This document shows, in pieces, positions 12,646-26,150 of a DNA stretch of 64,000 nt. The translations under genes were made by a program, and so were the position numbers. Numbering within the stretch: the stretch's first letter is position 1; each line of letters starts with the position of its first letter. The DNA comes from Eledone cirrhosa. Its lineage: Eukaryota. Where the stretch lies: assembly GCA_964016885.1 (NCBI GenBank), contig OZ024752.1, positions 26,536,001-26,600,000 of the forward strand, read 5' to 3'. The notes under the pieces were generated by a model. It had not been told where the DNA came from. It searched no databases and was given only the letters and a program-made list of their open reading frames with translations.

Positions 12646-13196
12646 GCTGGCCTTGTGCCTGGGGTAGAAACATTTATTTATTATTTCGTGGTAGTTTCTT
12701 TAGTATTTTGGACCCTCACTTGTTGACCCGTCACCGTAAGATATACTCGGTTTATTACTTATACCTCTTAAAAGGGTCTCATTATAATTCCGTCCCACCT
12801 AGTAAACCTTTCTTTAGCCTAGCAGTACCAGTGAGAGACTTGATAGCTGTCCTTAGGTCGTAGTAACCAGAAATTGTTTATTTTTATTTATTTTTTTTAC
12901 ATTTAATTGCTTTTTAACACTCTCGGTATTTTTCTAAATATTTACCCCATATTGTTTTACTTATTGTTTCGACTTCCTCCCCCTCCCCCTCCATAGTATC
13001 TTCTTTGACCTCATGCCCAGCTGTAGTCGGCACTATCAACGCATGACTGGGTCTCCTCCACCCCCTCTCCCTCATTCTCCTACTGGCAGGTTCAGCTACC
13101 CCTTCCCTCCACAAATTGCCATGATATAATTATTATGTCTCAACAACAAAGTTTTGACCAATCCTTGTGATAATCACTTTTACCATATATGGAATT

Positions 13197-13292
13197 ACTC
13201 CTTGAGAAGCTCGGCTATTCAAATACCAGGATAAAAATGTTCATTTAGTTCAGAATTAGCCGTCGAAACGGCTTGAGCTCAGCCGTCGGGGT
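13197..13292 (+). ncRNA. Type I hammerhead ribozyme with U3-A8 covariant core
   Basis: ACUCC-UUGAGAA-G..CGGCUA..UAGCCG.C-GAAA-CGGCU ugagcuc AGCCG-UC^-GGGGU. All three stems pair and the triplet is GUC. Confidence 0.7.
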
Positions 13293-13383
13293 CCTACTCG
13301 TTCCTACTACCCATTCTACTACCCTAAGTATTGAGTACTTTGGTGCGTTATGGTCCACCTGGTTCCTTACCACATTTCCTCCG

Positions 13384-13427
<44 letters not shown>

Positions 13428-13684
13428 TTACGCACACATATATACGTATATAGGATCACATACACACATGCATAGATACATGAATACATACATACAGTAT
13501 TATACGTACACGAATAATTATACATGTATATAATTATACATGTATATACATATATATATACATATATAAATATGTACGCACACCTCGTGTATAGTTATAT
13601 GTCTGTACCTATAAATATATTTGTCTATATCTATATCTATACCTATATGTATATATATATATTTATTAAAATAACAGATTAAAG

Positions 13685-14414
13685 TTTAAACGGAAAAAAT
13701 GAAACGATATTTCATTTCCCACTCTTAGTACGGCTGTTACTTAAATATAAGTATGTACACGTACATACATATATGTATACCGACGTACAGTAGTATGTAT
13801 ATATATATATATACATACATGCACACATATATATATGCACGTATGGATTCACCGAACATTTATTATAATGCTCGGTGTGTTTGTAAACAAACATCCCGTA
13901 TTAAGCCGTAGTGTCTAGCAACCACCGTTGCTCGTTTGTTCAACACTGACAAAGGAACGCTGTACTAGTTTCAAACTTGTTAGCTATCGTCAGCAACATA
14001 TACCTTCCTGCCAGATTGTTGAACGTATATACTTACCTCATTTTTTCCGTTTATCGTTTTCGGTGCACCCGGCCGATTAACCCACTCGATATGCAAATTG
14101 GGCTACTCAGCCGTTAATATGCATAAGGTAAGTATATACGTTCAACAATCTGGCAGGAAGGTATATGTTGCTGACGATAGCTAACAAGCTTGAAACTAGT
14201 ACAGCGTTCCTTTGTCAGTGTTGAACAAACGAGCAACGGTGGTTGCTAGACACTACGGCTTAATACGGGATGTTTGTTTACAAACACACCGAGCATTATA
14301 ATAAATGTTCGGTGAATCCATACGTGCATATATATATGTGTGCATGTATGTATATATATATATATATACATACTACTGTACGTCGGTATACATATATGTA
14401 TGTACGTGTACATA

Positions 14415-14420
<6 letters not shown>
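13685..14420. mobile_element. Fold-back pLTR-like element (inverted arms about 13745-14037 and 14126-14420)
   Basis: Long reverse-complement match. The same family recurs at about 21165-21835. Confidence 0.8.
14165..14207 (+). ncRNA. Minimal type I hammerhead ribozyme (mirror copy about 13957-13999 minus; further copy about 21378-21420 minus)
   Basis: AUGUUG-CUGACGA-UAGCU AACA AGCUU-GAAA-CUAG-UA^-CAGCGU. Confidence 0.85.
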
Positions 14421-14458
<38 letters not shown>

Positions 14459-14541
14459 ATAATAATAATAAATATATATATAATATATATATATATTATT
14501 ATTATATATATATATAATAATAAAATAATAATAATAATAAT

Positions 14542-14579
<38 letters not shown>

Positions 14580-14581
<2 letters not shown>

Positions 14582-15435
14582 GAGAGATATGGAATATGGC
14601 CTGATATAAACATCTCTCCCGGGGAAATTGGAAGATCCTGTTCTAAGATTAAAAAAATGGACCAATTTACAGAGAAAGTTGTGCATGGGAACTTGAAACG
14701 AAAAGCACAGATCATAGAGGGGATAAATCATTCTAAAAGCCTGGCATGGAGTTCCGACTCCCACCTTGAAGGATATCTCTATGCTATACAGGAACAAGAA
14801 ATCCCTACCAAATATCTGCTACACAAAAGAGGAGGGCCATCAGTAGGCAATAGAAAAGATAGATCGAAGATGTTAGCCACATTGTATCCAATTGCGAAAG
14901 AATGTCGTCTTGTTACTACCTCCCCATGAGACACGATGTGATAGCTAGAACCATCTGGAACGCAGTTAGGAAAACAAAATTAAAAACAAATGAGAAGGAA
15001 TATGTTGAGATAGATGGCGCTAAAGAATACTGGTGGAGCCTGAAAAGAAATACCGCCACCAAATTAAAGCACAGCCGGCCTGATATCTTTGGGACCACAT
15101 ATTGAAAACTTGCTCTGTTATAGAGATCAGCTGTCCACTTGATGTCAACATTCGAAGAAAAATACAAGAGAAGGAGGACATCTACGGACCATTGATGAGG
15201 AGTTTGCAGATCCAGTATCTAAGATACACCTTCAGCTTCATACCCATCATTATTGGAGCTACAGGTTATATACCAACTCGCTTGGACCAAAGTATAACTA
15301 AACTTGTATTCGTGGACAAAGACCGCAGCTCCCTAATTTATAGACTATAAATTAGGGAGCTGCGGAACCTTCAGAATTTGCAAAACCTTCTTGCGGTCGA
15401 GGGATGACAATTTCGTTTCTTTTACAACCTTGCCA
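14580..15435 (+). mobile_element. 3' fragment of an R4/Dong-like LINE (restriction-like endonuclease), frameshifted
   Basis: [31 protein letters not shown] and VIEISCPLDVNI..KEDIYGPL motifs across the ORF track. Confidence 0.8.
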
Positions 15436-16445
15436 CCAAAATATGTTTCAACATGTTAAAATAAACCCCCCCCCCCCACACACACACGTACACACACATT
15501 CCTACTGACCGATTCATTTCCATTATCACAACAATGAACCACTTTGCTACACACACACACACACACATATTTATCTCAATAGACACCTGAACTGTTGACC
15601 TCTCAACATGACTACAACTCAATCAAGCGGAAAAGGACACTCTTCGACAAACCTACATTTGGCGCGAAACCAGTTCGCGCTGAAATCAATTTAAACATTC
15701 ACGTGATTTCTACCGACCAATCAAAATCGTTTGACTACAAGAATTTTTGCAACAAGAATTGGCGCGAAATTTATAGTGCTTATTCACGTGACATTCACCA
15801 ACCAACCAAATCTTAATACCTCCCAAGCCACTTTTTTCACATAAAAGGAAGAATTTCCAAAATTGATCAGATTAGAGCAAAAATCACGAGCACTCTATCT
15901 CAAAATTATTTTTCAAAAGCATAAGAAATGCACAACAGGTAAAAACTTAAAACTAAAACTGAATACTAACCAATATTTATTACTAATTTATACTTATACC
16001 TAATTAAACTATTTTTCCCTGGGAAAAATTTGTCAGCATTTTCTTTTCGTTTTTACTAATATATCACAACTCGTGTGTCACACCTCGATTTTTTTAAAAA
16101 ATATATATATATATATAGTAATAATAAATTTGAAGACTAAAATCCAAAGAGGGCTCGATAAGGATAAATATATATCAAATAAATAAGAACCGTAGAGCAA
16201 ATATTTATTAAAATAACAGAATCGCTGCTTTCACCCTTAACGGGATCTTCTGAAACGTCTTATAACCTCGCTAGATATAACAATAACAACAAAAGAGCAG
16301 AAAACAAATTAAAACAATGAAGAAGAATTAAGAAAATATTTTTCAAGGGAAATAACAAGGTTTTGTTTTTAATTCTTGGAGTTGCTTCCCTTCCGCTCAA
16401 ATACGTATTAATCAACTACATAAGCAATTTGCGGGTGTGCACTTT

Positions 16446-16538
<93 letters not shown>

Positions 16539-16865
16539 TTTCTTTTACAATTTCTCGCTTGATTTTTAAACATTTCAAGGAATAAAAATATCAGGGTGTT
16601 TGTACGTTATTTCTGCATGAGGAAGTTTCAACTATTTTCTTTTTCATTTGTAATACATCAGAAATGCAAGATATTTATATATACATATATAACTATACAC
16701 CTGCTTATATATGTACACATGTTATATTTTCCGGCGCTGAAAACGCTTCGTCCTCGAGGACGCACCGTAATTTTGACAACCCCAAAAAAGGAAAAAAAAT
16801 AAATAATGTATGTATGTACGTTCTTCGTTTTTTACACGTATATATAAATACACATACCCCCCCCC

Positions 16866-16906
<41 letters not shown>

Positions 16907-17123
16907 TTAAATTTACATACGCACACACATATACAGGGTCACGTATATATTTATACATGTATATACAGATATATGTGTATACATATAAATATGTATACAC
17001 ATAAATATGTCTACACATATATGTGTAGACATATAAATATGTATACACATCTCGTATATAGTCATATATCTATATATAGACTATATATTATATATATATA
17101 TCTATATATAATTATATATATAA

Positions 17124-17156
<33 letters not shown>

Positions 17157-17220
17157 ATTATATATATAATTATATAATTATATAATTATAATTATAATTA
17201 TAATTAATATAATTATATAA

Positions 17221-17275
<55 letters not shown>

Positions 17276-17280
<5 letters not shown>

Positions 17281-17720
17281 ATATTTGGGGAGGGTCATAT
17301 TTGCGTAATATTGCCAGAATTAATAACAGAACACACTCACTGTTTGGTTGGTTTTCGCTTCTCGCTGTCTTTTATATATATATATCTGCGATCTAACTTA
17401 CTCGGTCCTCAATGTTGCCATTGACTGACCGGCGGTCAAAAATAATACAGATACAATATAGACAAACACATATATATATAGTTTACATAAATCTTTCGTT
17501 GCACATCTGCAACATCGTCAGTGGTGTTATATTCATTGTTCCTCCTGTTGTGTTGTATGTCTACGCCATTTTTTTGTTCAGTCTGTCTATATATTTATTT
17601 ATTTATTTATTTGCTTGTTTGTTTATCTTATTTTATTTTGTCTTCTTTGCGCATGCGTTTGCGTGTGTGTATAGTGTTATGTGTGATGTGTGACTAGTGT
17701 GTATAGTGTTGTGTCTGCTG
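17276..17720 (-). mobile_element. Solo pLTR related to the 8-12 kb PLE, with a hammerhead-like motif (about 17485-17525)
   Basis: Ends in GACCCTCCCCAAATATAACAAT+(AT)n and contains CTGACGA-TGTTGCA..TGCAAC-GAAA. Same family on + at about 32600-33020 and 56250-56375. Confidence 0.6.
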
Positions 17721-18212
17721 GGTGACTAGTGTGTGTTTATGTGCTTGTGTATGTATTTATTTATCTTATTTTATTTAATTTAATTTACTTATTTATTTAT
17801 ACTTCTCTTATATATATATTTCAATCTTATCTCATTTTGTTTGACCCGTTTTAGCTAGTTCGCTTTTTTGGCTATGGTGGTTAATGGCTTCTTAACCATC
17901 GTCTCAGCGTGTATGACCATTTTAACCTATGTTTATAGCTCCGGTATCTTCTTCAGTTCGATCGAGCGCTTGTCACCACAATACGGAAGTTGCGTTTCGC
18001 TAATTTCTACCAGCCGAAATGCGATTCTCGCTAAATTGTATTTATATATATATATATATATATATATGATTATATATATATCTTTAGAGAGAGAGAGAAA
18101 GTGGGATGGAGAAGTAGACTAAGAGAGAGAGAGAGAGAAAGTGAGAGAAACAGAGGGTGAGAGAGAGAGAGAGAGAGAAGAAAGGACAATTACGAGGGGT
18201 ACAGAAGAAAGG

Positions 18213-18536
18213 TTCAATTACGAGGAGTACAGAACCACTAGTGTGAAAATTATAAAATTTTCGTCTCTCCTTTCACCATGAGCGATATTTCAGTTGTCTA
18301 AATTCTCTTTAGAAGTTTCGGCCATGCTGTCTTTGCACCTCTTGAGAAGCCCTAAGTGGTACGGTGTTGACACTTTTTATGGCGAAACATTCTCTTCTTA
18401 GAGTTTGTCCAGGTGTTTTATAGTTATGATGGTTGGTCTGTACATGTTGATTTATTCTTTTAATTAATATGTATTTTCCACTCCTTTCGTAGACTTTATT
18501 TTTCATTCTGGTGGTTCTCTACTCCTCGTAATTGAA
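18213..18536. mobile_element. MITE/mariner-like relic with ~40-bp imperfect terminal inverted repeats
   Basis: TTCAATTACGAGGAGTACAGAACCAC at the left end; reverse complement GTGGTTCTCTACTCCTCGTAATTGAA at the right end. Confidence 0.55.
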
Positions 18537-18843
18537 AACATTTCCTTTTGTGTTTTCTTCTCTATATACTGTATTATGAAGAGCCAGGTACTTATTCCTT
18601 GATCCTTGAGCTCATTAAATTACAGGGAATTAACGCATGTTTTACTCAGTTTTTTTTCATTTGATATATATATATATATATATATTTATTTAAATATTTA
18701 TTAAAAGGGTGAAAGCAGCGATTCTTTGCTTAAACTTTAATCTGTTATTTTAATAAATATTTGCTTTACGGTTCTTATTTATTTGATATATATTTATCCT
18801 TATCAAGCCCTCTTTGGATTTTAGTCTTCAAATTTATTATTAT

Positions 18844-18889
<46 letters not shown>

Positions 18890-18890
<1 letters not shown>

Positions 18891-19191
18891 TGGTATGTAA
18901 AGGTGGTATGTGCACAGGCACTCAATGAAAAATCGAGCACTTATGGGTTCTATAACCCTCGCCAGAAAAATATGGGAATTGAAGGACAGCAACGCTAGCT
19001 ACACTATCAACTGGTCGAAGTTGTCGGCTGCTAAAACCTATAGTACAGGTATGTCCTATTGCGGGCTGTGTGATCTTGAGCTATTGTATATCCTTAGAAA
19101 TGTTAAAAGGCTACTTAATAATAAGTTAGAAAGATCTATCTTCTGCAGACATAGAATAGCCACTAAATTCATAAGATTCAAACCTCCGTGA
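18890..19191 (+). mobile_element. PLE GIY-YIG endonuclease 3' fragment
   Basis: LARKIWELKD..YTINW..CGLCDLE..CRHR matches the C-termini of the PLEs at 28.5 kb and 46.5 kb. Confidence 0.8.
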
Positions 19192-19519
19192 ATCGAACCA
19201 ACATAACATAGCTTTAAATTAGGATACCTACTACCCACAGAAATATATTCATTAAGTATACTATTTCCTTCACAAGTCTATACCACACAATTGTCTGTAA
19301 ATACCTCATCTACCAACAATCTTACTCCTTCTCAGCTGCTGCCATCATTTGATCCTAGATCCTAGTTTTTCTCATTTCACTACTACAATGTTACTTTACC
19401 TTCTTTTTGCCATAACTACAATTAGCACGCTTTTCTCTTTGCATGTATGTATATTTTTGTACGAGTGTATATTGATGTGTATGTATGTGTCTATGTACAC
19501 ATATATGTGTATATATATT

Positions 19520-19605
<86 letters not shown>

Positions 19606-20296
19606 TAGATATATGCGTATATTAATTCGTTAACCTCTGTATTAACTCTACAACTATTGAGCTTTGACAGTGGTCCCACTCATGTATACTGTTGAAGATG
19701 AAGAGAAAGACTGTAAAAACTAGCTTATCTTTATAATTTAAAATTGATACACACTACGATATTTTTTGCCTTATGACAGCTGATTTTCACGCCGTAACAT
19801 TAGATACATTATATACCCCCCACCTAAGTAATGTCAGGGTCTCCTTAAATAGTTTATTGATAGCATTGTTGTAATAATTGTTGTTGTTATTGTTCTAATT
19901 GAATGCCATAACTACTCCATATTTTCTTTTATTTTCTTGCCTGTGTATTTTCTTCATTCTCGCATGCTCCGAAGATCTGACTGGTTATAATTCTGTATTG
20001 GCGATCGAGTGACGCAAAATTAGGCGGATAGCGGTCTCTAGACAGACCAGTTCAGTGAAACAAATGTAAGCTATGTGATTAAAAACTTTTTTGTATAGCA
20101 AACCATGTAAACCTTCTTTCCTGATTTATTATTACTCCAAGTGTTTACAACATAGGAATTACAGCATACCCGCAGCATCACTATGAAAACGCCTTGTTGA
20201 GTCAAACCAAGCCAAGCGTTAATATCATCCACTACCTGGAATACCATAACTGGACTTCACCTAAGTGGACTGCATTTAACTATTATTTGTTAATCC

Positions 20297-20357
<61 letters not shown>

Positions 20358-20615
20358 TGTGTGTGTGTGTTTATATATATATATATATGGGGCGTTAGTC
20401 TTTAGAAAAATTATAATATTTTGGGGAAGATTTACACATTTAATAATAAATAATGAATAAATAAGAAAGCAAACATCCCCGAATGGGTTAATGTATTTTA
20501 TTTATCAAATAAATGAAAATAATTTGAGGTTATTTGATCGATTCAATACTACTTTATCCATTCCTCAAATATGTAGATTACAATAGCTCTGAAGAGTCAC
20601 AGTAATACTGATTAC

Positions 20616-20718
20616 CTTGTGTAGTAACATTCATTGATTTCTGGACGATTGGGCAGTTTGTACTCTCCTTGAACATTCTTTGAGGGTTGAGGGCATTTGG
20701 ATTTAGCAATATATTTCT
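20616..20718 (-). CDS. Putative C-terminal-region exon of the ITIH-like gene
   Basis: Pyrimidine tract..TTATTAG acceptor and AG|GTAATC donor. Open in phase 1 after the 22455 exon (KYIAKSKCPQ..ECYYT). No homology motif recognised. Confidence 0.45.
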
Positions 20719-20814
20719 CTAATAATACACAAAGAAATAGAAATTAAGAGAGACGTAATTGATTCGCTTTACTTGAGTAGTTGATTAAAAAAAAAACGTT
20801 TAGGGAAAGGAAAA

Positions 20815-21005
20815 ATATAATTGTTTCTACTTTTGGTACAAGGCCAGCAATTACCCCAGTGCATTACTTGTGCTTTATTTTTTAAACACCGTAAAGATGA
20901 AAGACAAAGTTAACCTCGGTGTGATTTGAACTTAGAACGTAAAGGGTTCTAACACTATGCTGCAAAGCATGGTCTCTGACGCTTTACTGATACTGCCAAA
21001 ATGTG
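20815..21005 (-). mobile_element. Octopus-type tRNA-derived CORE-like SINE, degenerate
   Basis: Reverse strand AAGTTCAAATCACACCGAGGTTAACTTTGTCTTTCATC..GGCCTTGTACCAAAAGTAGAAAC. Confidence 0.75.
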
Positions 21006-21037
21006 CAGTGAAGTCAATTGGAAACAGCTCTATCCTA

Positions 21038-21170
<133 letters not shown>

Positions 21171-21683
21171 TATGTATACGTACATATATATATATGTATA
21201 CAGACGTACAGTAGTATCTATATATATACATACATGCACACATATATATATATATGTACGTATGGATTCACCGAACATTTATTATAATGCTCCGTGGTTT
21301 TGTAAACAAACATCTCGAATTAAACCGTACAGTGTCTAGCAACCATCGTTGCTCATTTATTCAACACTGAGAAAGGAACGCTGTACTAGTTTCAAGCTTA
21401 TTAGCTATCGTCAGCAACGTATACCTTCCTGCCAGATGGTTGAACGTATATACTTTCCTTGTGCATATTAACAGCTGAGCAGCCTAATTTGCATATCGAG
21501 TGAGTTAATCGGCCGGGGTACCGAAAACGATAAACGGAAAAAATGAAACAAAATTTCATTTCTCACTCTTAGTACGGCTGTTACTTAAATATAAGTATGT
21601 ATACGTACATACATATATGTATACACCGAGCATTATAATAAATGTTCGGTGAATCCATATGTACATATATATATGTGTGCATG

Positions 21684-21727
<44 letters not shown>

Positions 21728-21829
21728 CTACTGTACGTCTGTATACATATATGTATGTACGTATATATACTTATATTTAAGTAACAGCCGTACTAAGAGT
21801 GAGAAATGAAATTTCGTTTCATTTTTTCC

Positions 21830-21890
<61 letters not shown>

Positions 21891-22052
21891 TATATATATA
21901 TAGTGTTAGAAGGTAAGGCGACTCAAACAAGAGCTGGACAGTTTGTCTTTGTCAGCTGTTTACTACGGATTATGGATGTTTCGGCGCATTATAAACAAAA
22001 CATCTATACAATATGCCCATATATTTATATATACATACATACATATGTATAT

Positions 22053-22168
<116 letters not shown>

Positions 22169-22454
22169 CATGCATAAGGATACAAAGAACAACATAGTCC
22201 TGAGTATTTTCAAAATATGGCATGCTCAGGATATAAGAATTCTCGATCAGAAGACTTATAGATCAGAGCTGACGTAGGGCAAAACAATAACTAATAGAAA
22301 GATATTTCATGTGTGCCAATCATCTAAAGCCAGACCTCAAGATATGACATCTTGAAGGGAAGGCCATAAACCATAATAACCTCAATAACAATAACAAAAA
22401 TAACACGTACAAGGATAGCATCAATATGGTCATCAACTTTAAATCAAAACTTAC

Positions 22455-22742
22455 TCAGAATGCCGCGTGCTCTTGTAATTTTCTTCTGTGTGTTAAAAGA
22501 AAGCAAGAGGGAGACTTCAGACGATCCTGCCGTCTTAGTCTTAAATACTTTTAAAGAAAAATTCTTGAGATTAAGGTTGATTTCGGTCCTGTTAGAAATA
22601 TTTATCTCTTTACCATTCTTCACTAGTCTGTCAGCAGTGACCGCAAACAAAAGACGACGCTTCTTCTTTATAATTACGCGATTGATGCTTTCCAGGCAGT
22701 CACGTTGTGAAGTTCTCTTTAGAAAGGCATGAACGAATAAAT
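22455..22742 (-). CDS. Putative exon of the ITIH-like gene (C-terminal domain)
   Basis: TTTTCTCTTGAAG acceptor and A|GTAAGT donor; 288 nt open, phase 1-1; ends ..TRARGIL, loosely like the ITIH HGLLG motif. Confidence 0.6.
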
Positions 22743-22918
22743 CTTCAAGAGAAAACATATGCCATTAACTTAATTTGACGCTAGCAATGACAATAGACAA
22801 TATAATTCAGATGTTAATATGCATTATTACTATGTGTAATTGTAGTAGCCTTAGTTCCAGAGGGCAGTATGCAATGGTGTATAAAGCTCTTATTTGGACT
22901 AACGACTATATGTGGATG

Positions 22919-22971
<53 letters not shown>

Positions 22972-22975
<4 letters not shown>

Positions 22976-23104
22976 TAAACGGAATAGAAAATGCTGACAA
23001 ATTGTTCACAGTTGAAAAATGGTTTAATTAGGAATAACTTATTCCTAATTAAACCATTTTTCAACTATGAACAATTTGTCAGCATTTTCTATTCCGTTTA
23101 CCAA
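22972..23104. repeat. Near-perfect palindrome, 66-bp arms with a 1-nt spacer
   Basis: TTGGTAAACGGAATAG..GGAATAA-C-TTATTCC..CTATTCCGTTTACCAA. The right arm resembles 15998-16090. Confidence 0.9.
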
Positions 23105-23320
23105 TATATAATAACTTGTGTGTTACACCTCTATTCTTTTAACTATATATATATATATATATATTCGATATGTCTCATATGAAATAATACAGCCAATTTT
23201 CCACGCAATACTTTTAGTTAGCACCCCGAACGCATAATCAGGAATATAATCACTTATTTCCTAATGTTTGTTTAGTGAGTTGGAATTTGGCCGGAGTATC
23301 GCTAAAAAGCTTTCTCCGAT

Positions 23321-23433
<113 letters not shown>

Positions 23434-23765
23434 CTTACTTGGTTTGTCGGACGGACCAATGTGTTACCATTACAGCAATGCGCTACCCATGCCTCTTTCC
23501 ATTCAATTAGAAGTCATACCAGGTATATATATATGTGTATAACACATTGGTTCGGCAAACCAAAGATGTGGGTTCGTCTCCCACGTACGTCAATACTCGC
23601 TCTTTTTTCTATTCAGAGAGTTTTTTAAAATCCCAACTAACAGACTAATTCTATTTAGTCAAATACGGCGTAAGGACATGTGACTACCTAATTTTCAAAT
23701 TGGCTAGCCGTTTCTAAACGAAGCCTGCTTTGTGTCTCCCTATTTATACATGCATACATACATAA

Positions 23766-23843
<78 letters not shown>

Positions 23844-24174
23844 AGATCAAAAGATGGTTAAAAGAGTTCCATGTACTTTATTATGCGCATTTCAAAAACA
23901 AATATCATCATGGGAGGATATTTGCGTTCTCATCAGATAAAATAGGGAGACATGATATGAAGCTTAAAAAACACTTGCGAGCAGTGAAGTGTTTTTTGGC
24001 TGTGTGTTTATGCCGGGGCGGAACTATATGAATTTCGTCTCCTGTCATCACGTAAATTTATAAATCGGTAGCCAATCAGGAGACAGTATTGTGACGCGGA
24101 GAGATTCTAGTTACTAACATTTTACTGTGTTGGAGTCGAATTCTGTCGATCGATTGACTATTGATTAGGCGACG

Positions 24175-24285
24175 CTCGCTGATGAAGCCACATGCGCCGA
24201 TTGTGCATTGTTGCATAATTTATGCGGAAAGCAGGTGCAGTTCACTCTACTGCTTCATTAAGTGTGGCCGAAACTCGAGTTCGGG
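24175..24285 (+). ncRNA. Hammerhead-like motif with extended stem II
   Basis: CUCG-CUGAUGA-A GCCACA..(~70 nt)..UGUGGC C-GAAA-CUCGAG-UU^-CGGG. Confidence 0.55.
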
Positions 24286-24428
24286 AGCAATTGAAGGTAC
24301 CCGTTTACGTGTTTTGCATTGAAGCGAGTAACTATGTGTCTACTATGGGAGTTTATTTAACATTACCTATTGAGTACGCTGAGATGCAACCGGTCCTATC
24401 AGCGACACCTATGCTAGTTCCGTCAAAT

Positions 24429-24469
<41 letters not shown>

Positions 24470-24470
24470 G

Positions 24471-24522
<52 letters not shown>

Positions 24523-24708
24523 CGTGTGCGTGCGTGCGTGCGTGTGTGTGCATGTGTGTGCGTGTGCGTGCGTGCGTGTGTGTGCGTGTGTGCGTTTGTG
24601 TGTGTGTGTGTGTGTGCGTGCGTGTGCGTGCGTGCGTGCGTGTGTGTGCGTGTGTGTGCGTGTGTGTGTGTGTGGTAGGAGCAATAAATGACGAAGTTTC
24701 TGACTTAC

Positions 24709-24813
24709 TTGCTTGAAAATTAGCCAACAATAAAATCCTAGTTGAGGATTGACAAGAAACATGGTGTGTAAGACAGAAGCTGTTACTGCAACCAAATGGC
24801 TTGATTAAGATAC
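24709..24813 (-). CDS. Putative exon of the ITIH-like gene (start of C-terminal domain)
   Basis: TCTTCTTTGCAG acceptor and A|GTAAGT donor; 105 nt, phase 1-1; [35 protein letters not shown]. Confidence 0.6.
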
Positions 24814-25329
24814 CTGCAAAGAAGATAGAATTCATGTTTTGGTTCTTACTCAAGAAATACCGTCTATTTATCTTGAGCTTATATGTCTGGCGGACAAAAC
24901 TCAAATTCGGCCAGATCCGAACTCGGAAAGCAAAGTATCACAACAAATAATAATTTTTTATTGAGATACAAGGCCAACAAATTCGTGTGAAGGGGAAAGT
25001 TGATTAAACCAACCTTAATACTTTGATCACGAACGGATGAAAGGCAAGTTTGAACTCGATTTGATTAGGTCCCAGTATGTAAAGACCCAGTACAAATACC
25101 GTAATACCATTTTATCCGACGCTCTATAAACTCTGCTGCTCCATCACTTGACTAATAATTAACACAATGCCACAAATGTTAGTGAGAAAGAGTGGAATTT
25201 GAACTCATAACATAACGGATCTTAACTAAGTATCGCAAGTAATTTTGCTTAAGGTTCTTCCGAGAGATCATAGCTCCGATATTATAGGCATGTGGTTGGA
25301 ATGTCTCAGGAAAGAATCGCTGGACAGGA

Positions 25330-25572
25330 TGAGAATGAGAAGAAGAAGAAGAAGAAGAAGAAGAAGAAGAAGAAGAAGAAGAAGAAGAAGGGGAGGAGAA
25401 GGAGAAAAATGAGAAGGAGGAGAGGAGGAGAAGAAGGAGGAAAAGAAGAAGGAAAAGAAGAAGGGGGAGAATAAGAAGGGGAGGAAAAGAAGAAGGAGGA
25501 GGAGAAATAGGAGGAGAAGGCGGAGAAGAAGAAGAAGAAGAAGAAGAAGAAGAAGAAGAAGAAGAAGAAGAA
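25330..25572. repeat. Polypurine (GAA)n/(GGA)n tract
   Basis: About 240 bp of almost pure purine on +, with perfect GAA runs at both ends. Confidence 0.95.
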
Positions 25573-25941
25573 AATTAGCGTTAGGTAGCATATCTTTGTA
25601 TGCAAATATCAAATATAATTATTACAATTTTGTAATTAATCATGTCCTCAATTGAATTGTTGATGTTCTGAACAAAGAAATCAAAAGACAGTTAAAAAAA
25701 CAACAAAAAAAACAACAAAAAAAAACAGGAAAAGGTTAAAAACCCGCACTAAAACAAGTGCCATCTATTGTCTCTCCGTCAGATCATTTCGTTTTCAGAG
25801 GGCGAGAGAGATGGAGGCTCTTCCACGTTCGGAGTGTATCCTTGTGGTTGTATTCATTATCTATGGAATCTATAAATTAATATTGTTTTTAAGATCATAC
25901 ATATATATGTTCTGATACCTTAAAGTAGTGTATATATATAG

Positions 25942-26105
25942 AGAGTCGGATGTCATGCTTTGACGTATAGAGTTACGCCCTTTCCATTCTGAGTTCAAAT
26001 CCCGCCGAGGTTAACTTTGCCTTTCATCCTTACGGGGTCGATAAAATAAAGTACCAGTAATGTACTGGGTAATTGATGGCCTTGTGCCTAAAGTAGAAAC
26101 AATTA

Positions 26106-26110
<5 letters not shown>
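25942..26110 (+). mobile_element. Octopus-type tRNA-derived CORE-like SINE (5' truncated)
   Basis: Box B GAGTTCAAATCCC, core CTTTGCCTTTCATCCTTACGGGGTCGATAAAATAAAGTACCAG and an (ATT)n tail. Confidence 0.85.

Positions 26111-26144
<34 letters not shown>

Positions 26145-26150
<6 letters not shown>

Noticed and set aside
18309-18507. ORF as the terminal ITIH exon (phase fits; NYK..CFAI loosely resembles the ITIH C-terminus)
   Set aside because: The acceptor lacks a pyrimidine tract and lies inside the inverted repeat of a MITE-like element; not supportable without RNA data.
25268-25612. Poly-K/E/L/F ORFs
   Set aside because: Translations of the (GAA)n polypurine tract.
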